A DNA stretch of 64,000 bases from positions 40,973,729 to 41,037,728 of the forward strand of contig NC_052158.1 in assembly GCF_902713615.1 (NCBI RefSeq). Reading direction: 5' to 3'. The translations under genes and the position numbers were made by a program. Positions 22,881 through 34,129 of this stretch are shown here, one piece after another (the first letter of the stretch is position 1; each line of letters starts with the position of its first letter). The notes beneath the pieces are model-generated. The model made no database searches and had not been told where the DNA came from. It worked only from the letters and a program-made list of their open reading frames with translations. The DNA comes from Scyliorhinus canicula. Taxonomy: Eukaryota.

Positions 22881-23183
22881 GGGCGGCACGGTAGCACAAT
22901 GGTTAGCACTGTTGCTTCACAGCGGCAGGTTCCTAGGTTCGATCACCGACTTGAGTCACTGTCTACATGGAGTCTGCATGTTCTCCCTGTGTTTGCGTGG
23001 GTTTCCTCCGGGTGCTCCGGTTTCCTCCCATAAGTCCCGAAAGATATGCTGCTAGGTAATTTGGACATTCTGAATTCTCCCTCCGTGTACCCGAACAGGC
23101 TCTGGAATGTGAAGATTCTGGGCTTTTCACAGTAATTTCATTGCAGTGTTAATGTAAGCCTACTTGTGACAATAAAGATTATA
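22881..23183 (+). mobile_element. V-SINE, tail type B, 10 nt after the ZNF1 stop codon
   Basis: Head GGGCGGCACGGTAGCAC, V-domain, tail GTGACAATAAAGATTA. Confidence 0.92.
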
Positions 23184-23938
23184 TTTTTTTATAAAGTGTA
23201 AAGTTTGAGATAAAGTTTTTGTGACATCTTCTACCCTCCTGGGCACCATTGGGTTCACTCTTCAGGTGTAATATTTATGACAAGGCTTTCATCCACTCAT
23301 CTGATCTGGTGCCAATCAGGTGTGAGGTTGTGACAGGACTTTCACACAGTCAGCACATGGTCCATTAAAGCAATCACACAGGAGACAGCCTACTGATGTG
23401 AGTTCTGTTTAACAAAAAAAAAGCCTCTGCAATTTTCAGACCTGGAAATCAGTGAACCAAAAAGGGAAGACATACCCCCCAGTCTGGTGTGTGTCAGGAT
23501 TCTTTCACCTGCTCTTGTTTCTGTTACACTGAGAGCTGTCAGTGTTGTTTACCCTCCAGTGCTCACACAGGGGAGCTGTCCTTCCAAAGCACTGTCTGTC
23601 TCAGCAGTGTCTGTCTCCAACCTCTCCCACTGTCAGTCCACGTTTCAAGAAGGTCAATTTAATCTTTATTCAGATCGTCAAACATCATCAAAAGAAGACA
23701 TCACTCTGTAAAGAAGCTGCTGCTTATGCACAGATGTCACAGTGTCTCTGGAAGGACAGAAAGTAGGGATTCAAGACAATGTGTCAGAATTTTCCCTGCT
23801 CTGGACAAGAGGGAAACACCTCAATAGTTTCCACAGCATGATTTATCTCCCTTCTTGAAGATAGATACAATGATCACATTCCTGAAGTCGAGGGCTGTCT
23901 CTCTCTCTCTCTCCAGCAAGTCTGGGTGTCGTCCTCTT

Positions 23939-24121
23939 GAAAATGAAAATGAAAATCACTTATTGTCACAAGTAGGCTTCAATGAATTTACTGTGAAAAG
24001 CCCCTAGTTGCCACATTCCGGTGCCTGTTCGGGGAGGCTGGTACGGGAATTAAACCGTGCTGCTGGCCTGCCTTGGTCTGCTTTCAAAACCAGCTCTTTA
24101 GCCCTGTGCTGAACCAACCCC
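23939..24121 (-). mobile_element. Short tRNA-derived SINE without V-domain, sharing tail type B
   Basis: Different head (GGTTGGTTCAGCACAGGGCTAAAG) joined to CCGAACAGG...CTTTTCACAGTAA...GTGACAATAAG and (TTTTCA)n. Confidence 0.8.
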
Positions 24122-24842
24122 TGCAGAGGCCTGAAGTCAAACTACGAGCTGAAAGCGGGGTTTGATATGAAATAATATTTTACTCAGTGCCCCGACCGAT
24201 GAAGGCAAGCATGCCGTATGCCTTCTTGACGATCTTATCCATTGCGTTACCACATTCAATGATCTGTGGACCTGAACGCCCTGAGTGCCTGTCAATACTC
24301 CTAAGGGTTTTGCCATTTACTGTATAATTCCCACCTCTATTAGACCTTCCAAAATATATTACCTCACACTTGTCTGGATGAAACTCCATCTGCCATTTCA
24401 CATCCAAGTTTCCAGCCGATCTGCATCCTCTGACAACCCTCTTTACTATCCGCAATTCCACCAACCTTGGTGTCATCTGCAAGCTTACTAATCAGACCAG
24501 CTACATTTTCTTCCAAATCATTTATATACTACGAACAGCAAAGGTCCCAGCACTGATTCTTGCAGAACACTGAGTGCTGAGCTTGTGGCATTTGAGTGCT
24601 ACAGTGAGAGTTTGGTGACTGAGGGAGTGCTGAGCTTGTGGCATTTGAGTGCTACAGTGAGAGTTTGGTGACTGAGGGAGTTAGGTGAGGAGGGAGTAAG
24701 GTACTCCTTTCATTTAATTTCCTATATTTATCAAAGAGCGTGAAGGGAACCAGGAGTTTAGAGTACAGCTGACTGGGAGCAGAGTCAGAGGGCGGAGGTC
24801 CAGTTGGTCCACAGGGCAGCTAATTCTGTAAAGTAAGAGGGG

Positions 24843-25778
24843 ATGGAGGCTAGGGCAGTTGCATGCTCCTCCTGTAGGATGTGGGTGGTGAGGGATACCA
24901 CTGGTGTCCCCGCTGACTATACCTGCGGGAAGTGCACCCAACTCGAGCTCCTCAGAGACCGTGTTAAGGTACTGGAGCTGGAGCTGGATGAACTTCGGAT
25001 CATCCGGGAGGCAGAGGGGGTCATAGAGAAGAGTTACAGGGAGGTAGCCACACCAAAGGTACTGGACAAGAGTAGCTGGGTTACAGTCAGGGGAAAGAAA
25101 ACTAACAGGCAGACAGTGCAGGGATCCCTCGTGGCCATTCCCCTTCAAAACAAGTATACCGTTTTGGATGCTGTTGGGGGGGATGACCTACCGGGGGAAG
25201 GCCCCAGCGGCCAGGTCTCTGGCACTGAGTCTGGCTCTGGGGCTCAGAAGGGAAGGGGGGAGCATAGAAAAGCAATAGTAATAGGAGATTCAATGGTTAG
25301 GGGAATAGATAGGAGATTCTGTGGTCGCGAGCGAGACTCCCGAAAGGTATGTTGCCTCCCGGGTGCCAGGGCCAGGGGTGTCTCTGATCGTGTCTTCAGG
25401 ATCCTGAAGGGGGAGGGTGAGCAGCCAGAAGTCGTGGTGCACATTGGTACCAACGATGTAGGTAGGAAAAAGGGTGTGGAGGTAATAAACAAGTTTAGGG
25501 AGTTAGGCTGGAAGTTAAGGGCCAGGACAGACAGAGTTGTCATCTCTGGTTTGTTGCCGGTGCCACGTGATAGCGAGGCTAGGAATAGGGAGAGAGTGCA
25601 GTTGAACACGTGGCTGCAGGAATGGTGTAGGAGGGAGGGCTTCAGGTATTTGGATAATTGGAGCGCATTCTGGGGAAGGTGGGACCTGTACAAGCAGGAC
25701 GGGTTGCATCTGAACCAGAGGGGCACCAATATCCTGGGGGGGAGGTTTTCTAGTACTCTTCGGGAGGGTTTAAACTAA
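24843..25778 (+). CDS. CR1 ORF1p: zinc finger/coiled coil plus SGNH (GDSL) esterase domain, 311 aa
   Basis: CSSC...CGKC, LELELDEL, IGDS, HIGTND and DGLH motifs. Confidence 0.92.
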   Translation: MEARAVACSSCRMWVVRDTTGVPADYTCGKCTQLELLRDRVKVLELELDELRIIREAEGVIEKSYREVATPKVLDKSSWVTVRGKKTNRQTVQGSLVAIPLQNKYTVLDAVGGDDLPGEGPSGQVSGTESGSGAQKGRGEHRKAIVIGDSMVRGIDRRFCGRERDSRKVCCLPGARARGVSDRVFRILKGEGEQPEVVVHIGTNDVGRKKGVEVINKFRELGWKLRARTDRVVISGLLPVPRDSEARNRERVQLNTWLQEWCRREGFRYLDNWSAFWGRWDLYKQDGLHLNQRGTNILGGRFSSTLREGLN

Positions 25779-28700
25779 TTTGGCAGGGGAATGGGAACCG
25801 GATCTGTAGTCCAGCAACTAAGGTAGACGATAGTCAGGACGCCAAAGCACGTAGTGAGGCAGTGGGGAAGGTAACAATGACAAAGGAGAGTACTTGCAGG
25901 CAAGGAGATGGGATGAAGTGTGTATACTTTAATGCAAGAAGCATCAGGAATAAGGTGGGTGAACTTAAGGCATGGATCGGTACTTGGGACTACGATGTGG
26001 TGGCCATCACGGAAACTTGGATAGAAGAGGGCCAGAAATGGTTGTTGGAGGTCCCTGGTTATAGATGTTTCAACAAGATTAGGGAGGATGGTAAAAGAGG
26101 TGGGGGGGTGGCATTGTTAATTAGAGATAGTATAACAGCTGCAGAAAGGCAGTTCGAGGGGGATCTGCCTACTGAGGTAATATGGGTTGAAGTTAGAAAT
26201 AGGAAAGGAGCAGTCACCTTGTTGGGAGTGTTCTATAGGCCCCCCAATAGCAGCAGAGATGTGGAGGAACAGATTGGGAAACAGATTCTGGAAAGGTGCA
26301 GAAGTCACAGGGTAGTGGGGCCTCACGGTAGCATGGTGGTTAGCATCAATGCTTCACAGCTCCAGGGTCCCAGGTTCGATTCCCGGCTGGGTCACTGTCT
26401 GTGTGGAGTCTGCACGTCCTCCCCGTGTGTGCGTGGGTTTCCTCCGGGTGCTCCGGTTTCCTCCCACAGTCCAAAGATGTGCGGGTTAGGTGGATTGGCC
26501 ATGCTAAATTGCCCGTAGTGTAAGGTTAATGGGGGGATTGTTGGGTTATGGGTATACGGGTTACGTGGGTTTAAGTAGGGTGATCATTGCTCGGCACAAC
26601 ATCGAGGGCTGAAGGGCCTGTTCTGTGCTGTACTGTTCTATTCTATGTAGTAGTCATGGGCGACTTCAACTTCCCAAACATTGAGTGGAAACTCTTTAGA
26701 TCAAATAGTTTGGATGGGGTAGTGTTTGTGCAGTGTGTCCAGGAAGCTTTTCTAACTCAGTATGTAGATTGTCCGACCAGAGGGGAGGCCATATTGGATT
26801 TAGTACTTGGTAATGAACCAGGGCAGGTGATAGATTTGTTAGTGGGGGAGCATTTTGGAGGTAGTGACCACAATTCTGTGACTTTCACTTTAGTAATGGA
26901 GAGGGATAGGTGCGAGCAACAGGGCAAGGTTTATAATTGGGGGAAGGGTAAATACAATGCTGTCAGACAAGAATTGAAGTGCAGAAGTTGGGAACATAGG
27001 CTGTCAGGGAAGGACACAAGTGAAATGTGGAACTTGTTCAAGGATCAGGTACTGCGTGTCTTTGATATGTATGTCCCTGTCAGGCAGGGAAGAGATGGTC
27101 GAGTGAGGGAACCATGGTTGACAAGAGAGGTTGAATGTCTTGTTAAGAGGAAGAAGGAGACTTATGTAAGGCTGAAGAAACAAGGTTCAGACAGGGCGCT
27201 GGAGGGATACAAGATAGCCAGGAGGGAACTGAAGAAAGGGATTAGGAGAGCTAAGAGAGGGCATGAAAAATCTTTGGCGGGTAGGATCAAGGAAAACCCC
27301 AAGGCCTTTTACACATACGTGAGAAATATGAGAATGACTAGAGTGAGAGTAGGTCCGATTAAGGACAGTAGCGGGAGATTGTGTATTGAGTCTGAAGAGA
27401 TAGGAGAGGTCTTGAACAAGTATTTTTCTTCAGTATTTACAAATGAGAGGGGCCATATTGTTGGAGAGGACAGCGTGAAGCAGACTGATAAGCTTGAGGA
27501 GATACTTGTCAGGAAGGAAGATGTGTTGCGCGTTTTGAAAAACTTGAGGATAGACAAGTCCCCCGGGCCTGACGGGATATATCCAAGGATTCTATGGGAA
27601 GCAAGAAATGAAATTGCAGAGCCGTTGGCAATGATCTTTTCGTCCTCGCTGTCAACAGGGGTGGTACCAGAGGATTGGAGAGTGGCGAATGTCGTGCCCC
27701 TGTTCAAAAAAGGGAATAGGGATAACCCTGGGAATTACAGGCCAGTTAGTCTTACTTCGGTGGTGGGCAAAGTAATGGAAAGGGTACTGAGGGATAGGAT
27801 TTCTGAGCATCTGGAAAGGCATTGCTTGATTAGGGATAGTCAGCATGGATTTGTGAGGGGTAGGTCTTGCCTTACAAGTCTTATTGAATTCTTTGAGGAG
27901 GTGACCAAGCATGTGGATGAAGGTAAAGCAGTGGATGTAGTGTACATGGATTTTAGTAAGGCATTTGATAAGGTTCCCCATGGTAGGCTTATGCAGAAAG
28001 TAAGGAGGCATGGGATAGTGGGAAATTTGGCCAGTTGGATAACAAACTGGCTAACCGATAGAAGACAGAGAGTTGTGGTGGATGGCAAATATTCAGCCTG
28101 GAGCCCAGTTATCAGTGGTGTACCGCAGGGATCAGTTCTGGGTCCTCTGCTGTTTGTGATTTTCATTAACGACTTGGATGAGGGAGTGGAAGGGTGGGTC
28201 AGTAAATTTGCAGATGATACGAAGATTGGTGGAGTTGTGGATAGTGAGGAGGGCTGTTGTCGGCTTCAAAGAGACATAGATAGAATGCAGAGCTGGGCTG
28301 AGAAGTGGCAGATGGAGTTTAACCCTGACAAGTGTGAGGTTGTCCATTTTGGAAGGACAAATCTGAATGCGGAATACAGGGTTAATGGTAGGGTTCTTGG
28401 CAATGTGGAGGAGCAGAGAGATCTTGGGGTCTATGTTCATTGTTCTTTGAAAGTTGCCACTCAAGTGGATAGAGCTGTGAAGAAGGCCTATGGTGTGCTA
28501 GCGTTCATTAGCAGAGGGATTGAATTTAAGAGCCGTGAGGTGATGATGCAGCTGTACAAAACCTTGGTCAGGCCACATTTGGAGTACTGTGTGCAGTTCT
28601 GGTCACCTCATTTTAGGGAGGATGTGGAAGCTTTGGAAAAGGTGCAGAGGAGATTTACCAGGATGTTGCCTGGAATGGAGAGTAGGTCATACGAGGAAAG

Positions 28701-29001
28701 ATTGAGGGTGCTGGGCCTTTTCTCTTTGGAACGGAGAAGGATGAGGGGCGACTTGATAGAGGTTTATAAGATGATCAGGGGAATAGATAGAGTAGACAGT
28801 CAGAGACTTTTTCCCCGGGTGGAACACACCATTACAAGGGGACATAAATTTAAGATAAATGGTGGAAGATATAGAGGGGATGTCAGAGGTAGGTTCTTTA
28901 CCCAGAGAGTAGTGGGGGCATGGAATGCACTGCCTGTGGTAGTAGTTGAGTCGGAAAATTTATGGACCTTCAAGCGGCTATTGGATAGGTACTTGGATTA
29001 G
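25775..29001 (+). CDS. CR1 ORF2p (APE endonuclease plus RT), interrupted only by the SINE at 26317-26646
   Basis: Frame is open from 25754. Motifs FNARS, ITETW, GGGVA, MGDFN, SDH, PQGSVLGP, FADD. Removing 335 nt (SINE plus one TSD copy) restores the frame, 963 aa. Confidence 0.88.
26317..26646 (+). mobile_element. HE1-like V-SINE (CR1-type tail A) in CR1 ORF2
   Basis: TSD GTAGT at 26312-26316 and 26647-26651. Tail GAAGGGCCTGTTCTGTGCTGTACTGTTCTATTCTAT. Confidence 0.95.
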
Positions 29002-29031
29002 GGTAGAATAAGGGAGTGTAGGTTAACTTAA

Positions 29032-29239
29032 GGGCAGCACGGTAGCATTGTGGATAGCACAATTGCTTCACAGCTCCAGGGTCCCAAGTTCGATTTCGAC
29101 TTGGGTCACTGTCTGTGTGGAGTCTGCACATCCTCCCCGTGACTGCGTGGGTTTCCTCCGGGTACTCCGGTTTCCTCCCACAGTCCAAAGATGTGCAGGT
29201 TGGGTGGATTGGCCATGACAAATTGTCCAAAATTCTATG
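29032..29239 (+). mobile_element. Short V-SINE in the 3' UTR of the young CR1
   Basis: Head plus V-domain. Flanked by TTAACTTA / TTAACCTA. Confidence 0.88.
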
Positions 29240-30921
29240 ATTAACCTAGGACAAAAGTTCGGCGCAACATCGTGGGCCGAAGGGCCTGTTCTGTGCTGTA
29301 TTTCTCTATCTATCTATAACACTAGTCACAGCCTTCCATTCAGAAAAGCACCCTTTCACCGCTACGCTCTGTCTTCTGTGACCAAAGCAGTTCTGTATCC
29401 ATCTTGCCAGCTCACCTCTGATCCTGTGTGACTTCACCTCTGCGCCAGTCTGCCATGGAGGTCCTTGTGAAAGGCTTTACTGAAGATCATGTAGACAACA
29501 TCTTGACTAATTTAGCGGGCCTTGTCGTCAGCAGGCTCTCTCTCTCTTCACTAAGCAATCTCTCTTCCTCCCTCCTTGAAAGCCCAGCAGGCACACCACC
29601 ACTGCCTGTGTCAGACCTCCGGCTGCATGAAACCTGTTTGCTGCAGTATCTCCTACGTCACTGGTGAGTCTATCAGAAGCAAATGCAAGAGCCTTTGGAG
29701 AAGCATCTCATTAGAGAAACTTTCACTTATCTCTATTTTAAATAATGAGTCTGAGATCTGAATGGAGGGGCATGGCAGGCCAGATTGTAGCCCTTGGACC
29801 ATGCATTGGGCAAGTCTGGCCTAAACAGAGCTCTGCATAGCTGAGACATTAAATTCCACAAGGACACAGAGAAGTTGTGGGGTGTCATTTCTCTTCAGGA
29901 TGGTCCTAGTGTAATGAGCAGTTCTGACAGAGGAAAGCAGGACCACTGGTGTTTGATGTGGTCCAGTCAGATCTGGCAATGGATGGCTAAACCAGTTGCA
30001 TACCAGATACACTCAAATCTTCACTCCTTTGACTTCAACAGCAGGGAGGTCGACCATTAAGGAATAAATATGGATATGAGGAAGTAGTTAAACCAGATTG
30101 ACTGCAACAGAAACATTGTGGTGAATAGAGGGTCAAAGTGCAGAGAGTTGGGAATTAGAAAGCAACTGTCCAACTCACCTGGGGAAAGTTGTCTTCCAAG
30201 AATGGAAAGGTAATGGTCCATAGACCCATGTGATCATTGGATCTCTGTAACCATTAGTGTATGATGGTAACGAGCTCCATCCTGTGTCACTAATGTTCGG
30301 TGTCATTTCTGACCATCGGAATTGGGAGGCAGACGAAAGCACAGAGATTTTAAAGAAAATTTTGTGTGTAGTATTCTGAGAGAGTATCCCCTGATGTGAG
30401 TGTGGGTGTGTTAGTAAAGTGAGCCAGCTCTCAGGAGTGGGTATGGGGTAGAATCGGACCCTGCTTTCGTTGATGTGAATTATAGACTTCCTCTTCAGGT
30501 GACTGGTGTTTGACTAATATCATGGGTGATGTTTGCACTCTCCTTACTGGGAGGGCTACTATCCTGAGTATGATGAGGGAGTGGGGGTGAGTCTCTCCAG
30601 ACCTGAGTTTATTAGCCCGTCAAAGCTTGATCTATTTACCATTGTGATATGTTCACTTTATACGCTTCCAAAATTCATTTCATGTTCTAGGAAAGATCTT
30701 AAGTCATTTTCAAATGCATTGTTACTTTGGTTTTGTGTCAGTTGAATATTGTGTTCTTTGTCTTTATTTTATCAATCTTCTGCATTAGAGCAGAAGAATT
30801 AGGAGCTGGGTTAGGTAATTCAGCGCCTCGAGCCACCATTTAATACGATCATGGCTGATCTCCTCTCCGCCTCAACTTCACTTTCCTGCTCGTTCTCCAT
30901 AACCCTTCAACCCATTACTAA

Positions 30922-31282
30922 TTAGAATTAGAATTAGAATTAGAACAGTACAGCACAGAACAGGCCCTTCGGCCCTCAATGTTGTCCCGAGCAATGATCA
31001 CCCTACTCAAGCCCACGTATCCACCCTATACCAGTAACCCAACAACCCCCATTAACATTATTTTATTTTTTTTAGGACACTAAGGGCAATTTAGCCTGGC
31101 CAATCCACCTAACCCGCACATCTTTGGACTGTGGGAGGAAACCGGCGCACCCGGAGGAAACCCACACAGACACGGGGAGGACGTGCAGACTCCGCACAGA
31201 TAGTGACCCTAGCCGGGAATCGAACCTGGGACCCTGGAGCTGTGAAGCATTGATGCTAACCACCATGCTACCATGCTGCCCC
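30922..31282 (-). mobile_element. HE1-like V-SINE, tail A ending in (TTCTAA)n
   Basis: Near-identical body to 26317-26646. Confidence 0.92.
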
Positions 31283-31316
31283 TATTAAAAATCTGTCCAT
31301 CTCAAATTAATCTAGT

Positions 31317-31655
31317 GGGTAGCATTGTGGATAGCACAATCGCTTCTCAGCTCCAGGGTCCCAGGTTCGATTCCGGCTTGGGTCACTGTCTGTGCGGAGT
31401 CTGCACATCCTCCCCGTGTGTGCGTGGGTTTCCTCCGGGTGCTCCGGTTTCCTCCCACAGTCTAAAGATGTGCAAGTTAGGTGGATTGGACATGATAAAT
31501 TGCCCTTAGTGTCCAAAACTGCCCTTGGTGTTGGGTGGTGTTACTGGGTTATGGGGATAGGGTGGAGGTGTTAACCTTGGGTGGGGTGCTCTTTCCAGGA
31601 GCCGGTGCAGACTCGATGGGCCGAATGGCCTCCTTCTGCACTGTAAATTCTATGA
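31317..31655 (+). mobile_element. HE1-like V-SINE
   Basis: Head, V-domain, tail GGGCCGAATGGCCTCCTTCTGCACTGTAAATTCTATG. Confidence 0.9.
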
Positions 31656-31928
31656 TAAATTTACTCGACCCAGCGTTCATCACACTCTGGGGTAGTGAAT
31701 TCCACAGATTGATGACCCTTTGAGAGAAGTTTTAAATCTCTGTTTTAAATCTGCTGCACCTTATCCTAAAACCATGATCTCTCATTCTAGATTGCGCCAC
31801 AAGAGGAAGCTTCTGCTCTTTGTCTACTTTGTCAATCCTCTTTTTCATCTTGTATACCTCAATTAAATCTCCTCTCATTCTTCTAAACTCTAGAGTATAG
31901 CCCGTACTACTCAATTTCTCTTCATAAT

Positions 31929-32225
31929 GGGCAGCACAATAGCATAGTGGTTAGCACTATGGCTTCACAGTGCCAGGATCCCAGGTTCAATTCCCAGCTT
32001 GGGTCACTGCAGAGTCTGCACTTCTCCCCGTGTCTGGGTGGGTTTCCTCCGGGTGCTCCGGTTTCCTCCCACAGTCCTGAAAGACGTGCTATTAGGTAAT
32101 CTGGACATTCTGAATTACCCCCGCTGTGTACCCGAACAGGCACCGGAATATGGCGACTAGGGGCTTTTCACAGTAACTTCATTGCAGTGTTAATGTAAGC
32201 CTACTTGTGACAGTAAAGATTATTA
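31929..32225 (+). mobile_element. V-SINE, tail type B
   Basis: Same structure as 22881-23183. Confidence 0.9.
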
Positions 32226-32612
32226 AAAAAGAAAATAAGACAAACCCCTCATCTCTGGAATCAATCTAGTGAAGTTCCTCTGAACTGCCTCCAATGCAAC
32301 TGCATCTCTGCTCATAAGGGGACCAAAACTGTATACAGTACTCCAGGTGCGGGCTCACCAATGCCTTGTACAATTGCAGCAACGCTCCCCTACTTTTATA
32401 CTCTATTCCTTTAGCTATAAAGACCAAAATTCCATTTGCCTTCCATATTACCTGTTGTATCTGCAGTTTTCTGCCATTCATGCACGAGGACACTCAAATC
32501 CCTCTGCATCAGAGCACTTAGAAGTTTCCTAAGTATAGATTTATCGATCATAACAAATTCATTTTATGTTAACCGGACTACCTAATTTTTCAGCATATGG
32601 TTGATGGTTGAT

Positions 32613-33268
32613 AAGCTTCGAATTCCTAGCTCTGCACATCACCAACAACCTGTCCTGGAACACCCACGTTGAGGCTATGACCAAGAAAGCACAGCAGCTC
32701 AGGAAACTTAAGGAAATTCAGCATTTCCACATTGGCTCTTACCAATTTTACAGATGCACCATAGGAAGCATCCTATTTGGCTGCAACACAGCCTGGTATA
32801 GCAACTGTTCGCCCAAGACCGTAAGAAACTACAGAGAGTCGTGAACACAGCCCAGTCCATCACGTGAACCCACTTCCCATCCACTGACTGTGTCAACACC
32901 TCCCTCTGACTTGGGAAAGTGGGCAGCATAATCAAAGACCCCTACCGGGTTATTGTCCCAACTTCATCCATCGGGCAAGATATACAAAAGTCTGAGAATA
33001 CGCATGAACAGGTTCAAAATCAGCATCTTCCCCGCTGTCACCAGACTCCTGAATGATCCTCTTATGGACTGAACTGATTTCTTCACACATCTTCTCTACT
33101 GAGCAGTACTGCACTTCATATGCTCACCTGTTGCCTGTGCCTATGTATTTACATTGTGTATTTATGTATGTCCTATGTTTTTTTTCATGTATGGAATGAT
33201 CTTTCTGGACTGTACACAGAATAATACTTTTCACTACCATGGTACACGTGACAATAAAACAAATCCAA
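32613..33268 (+). mobile_element. Rex1/Babar-like LINE 3' fragment
   Basis: FEFLALHITNNLSWNTHVEAMTKKAQQ...FYRCTIGSILFGCNTAWYSNCS. 3' end CTTTTCAC...GTGACAATAAA. Confidence 0.75.
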
Positions 33269-33393
33269 CCGATCCCTCGGTACTGCATTGGAGTATCAGC
33301 CTCAGTGCTCAAGTCTCTGGACTAAGACCTCAACCTACAATCTTCTGACTCAGAGACAGGAGTGCTAACTAAGCCACAGCTGACAATAATATG

Positions 33394-33581
33394 CAGGGGC
33401 GGTTTCTCTGTTCCCATAGCCACCCGTTTCCTAGCTGCGTACAATTCACTGACAGTGGGATTCTATCCTCCCGCCACTTGTCAATGGGATTTCCCAGTGA
33501 AACCACCCTACGCCACTGCAAAACCAAGGGTGCGGTGCCAGCAGGAAAAGTGAATTCCGATGACTGGAGTATTCCAGCCAA
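33394..33581. mobile_element. Decayed MITE, same family as 37523-37691
   Basis: GGGCGGTTTCTC...GAGTATTCCAGCC degenerate TIRs with a similar interior. Confidence 0.55.
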
Positions 33582-34129
33582 TATTTTTGTTGTATTAGAT
33601 TCAGTTTTTAAGGGGGTTAAATCCCAAGATTATGTACAGAATGCTTCAGCAGCCTTTGTGTTTGATTTGATTTAAAGTGGTAACTGGTTTGAGCTGTAGG
33701 TGTCAGTGGTGTCTTTGTGTTGTGCTTGGGTTCCTGAAGCTGTGAAAGTCCCTGGTATCAGCTGGAATGGATCTCTTCAGGGATTGTCTTCAATCAGAAC
33801 TGCTGATTAACCATTCTGCTTTCATTCACTCATGAAAGTTCTATTGTTTAGGCACAGTTCTAACAATCTGTCAGGAAAGAAGCCAAGGAATAACCCACTC
33901 TTCCTCGGGAAGCTCAGTGTTAGTTTTAGTGAGGAAATCAAGGGGGACTTAATAGAGCGAAGAATTGTTTCTTAAAGCAATAAGTTATGGAGCCAATCAG
34001 GAGGCAGACTATTTTTGATTTTGTATTATTTAAAGAAGGGTTGATGAATAGTCTTGTTGTTAAGGATCCTTTTTGGGGGGGGGGGGGGGGGAAGAAGGCT
34101 TGATAAATAGTTTTGTCATTAACGATCCT

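Larger units (their letters stand above)
3485..23890 (+). repeat. Copy 1 of a duplicated zinc-finger gene unit (paralogous to ~30070-49065)
   Basis: Collinear non-TE blocks: 3485-3790~30070-30360, 11255-11435~30520-30715, 14900-15030~39945-40060, 15385-15750~40850-41190, 20500-21100~41330-41905, 23535-23690~43355-43413+48250-48350, 23735-23890~48903-49065. Confidence 0.85.
24572..29317 (+). mobile_element. Full-length young CR1 LINE with 6-bp TSD
   Basis: TSD AACACT at 24566-24571 and 29318-29323. Two identical 53-bp 5' repeats. Stop-free ORF1 and ORF2. Tail (CTAT)n. Confidence 0.95.
24181..29520 (-). mobile_element. Older CR1 RT fragment split by the young CR1 (24181-24571 and 29318-29520)
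   Basis: The two halves rejoin into sequence collinear with the CR1 at 34750-35300. Confidence 0.8.
30790..32530 (-). mobile_element. Old CR1 3' fragment with three nested V-SINEs
   Basis: RT C-terminus (HLEYCIQFWSP; EFRRMRGDLIEVYK) and 3' UTR, collinear after removing the SINEs. Confidence 0.8.

Noticed and set aside
21255-23033. Alternative-frame ORFs over the ZNF1 array (also 42005-42949 over ZNF2)
   Set aside because: Expected by-products of an 84-nt periodic coding repeat with few out-of-frame stops.
24843-25778. Esterase domain in a retrotransposon ORF1 as a novelty
   Set aside because: SGNH esterase is an established feature of CR1/L2-group ORF1 proteins.
26587-26646. 804-aa ORF starting at 26587 as the true ORF2 start
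   Set aside because: The first 20 codons come from the inserted SINE tail. The real frame continues from 25775-26316.
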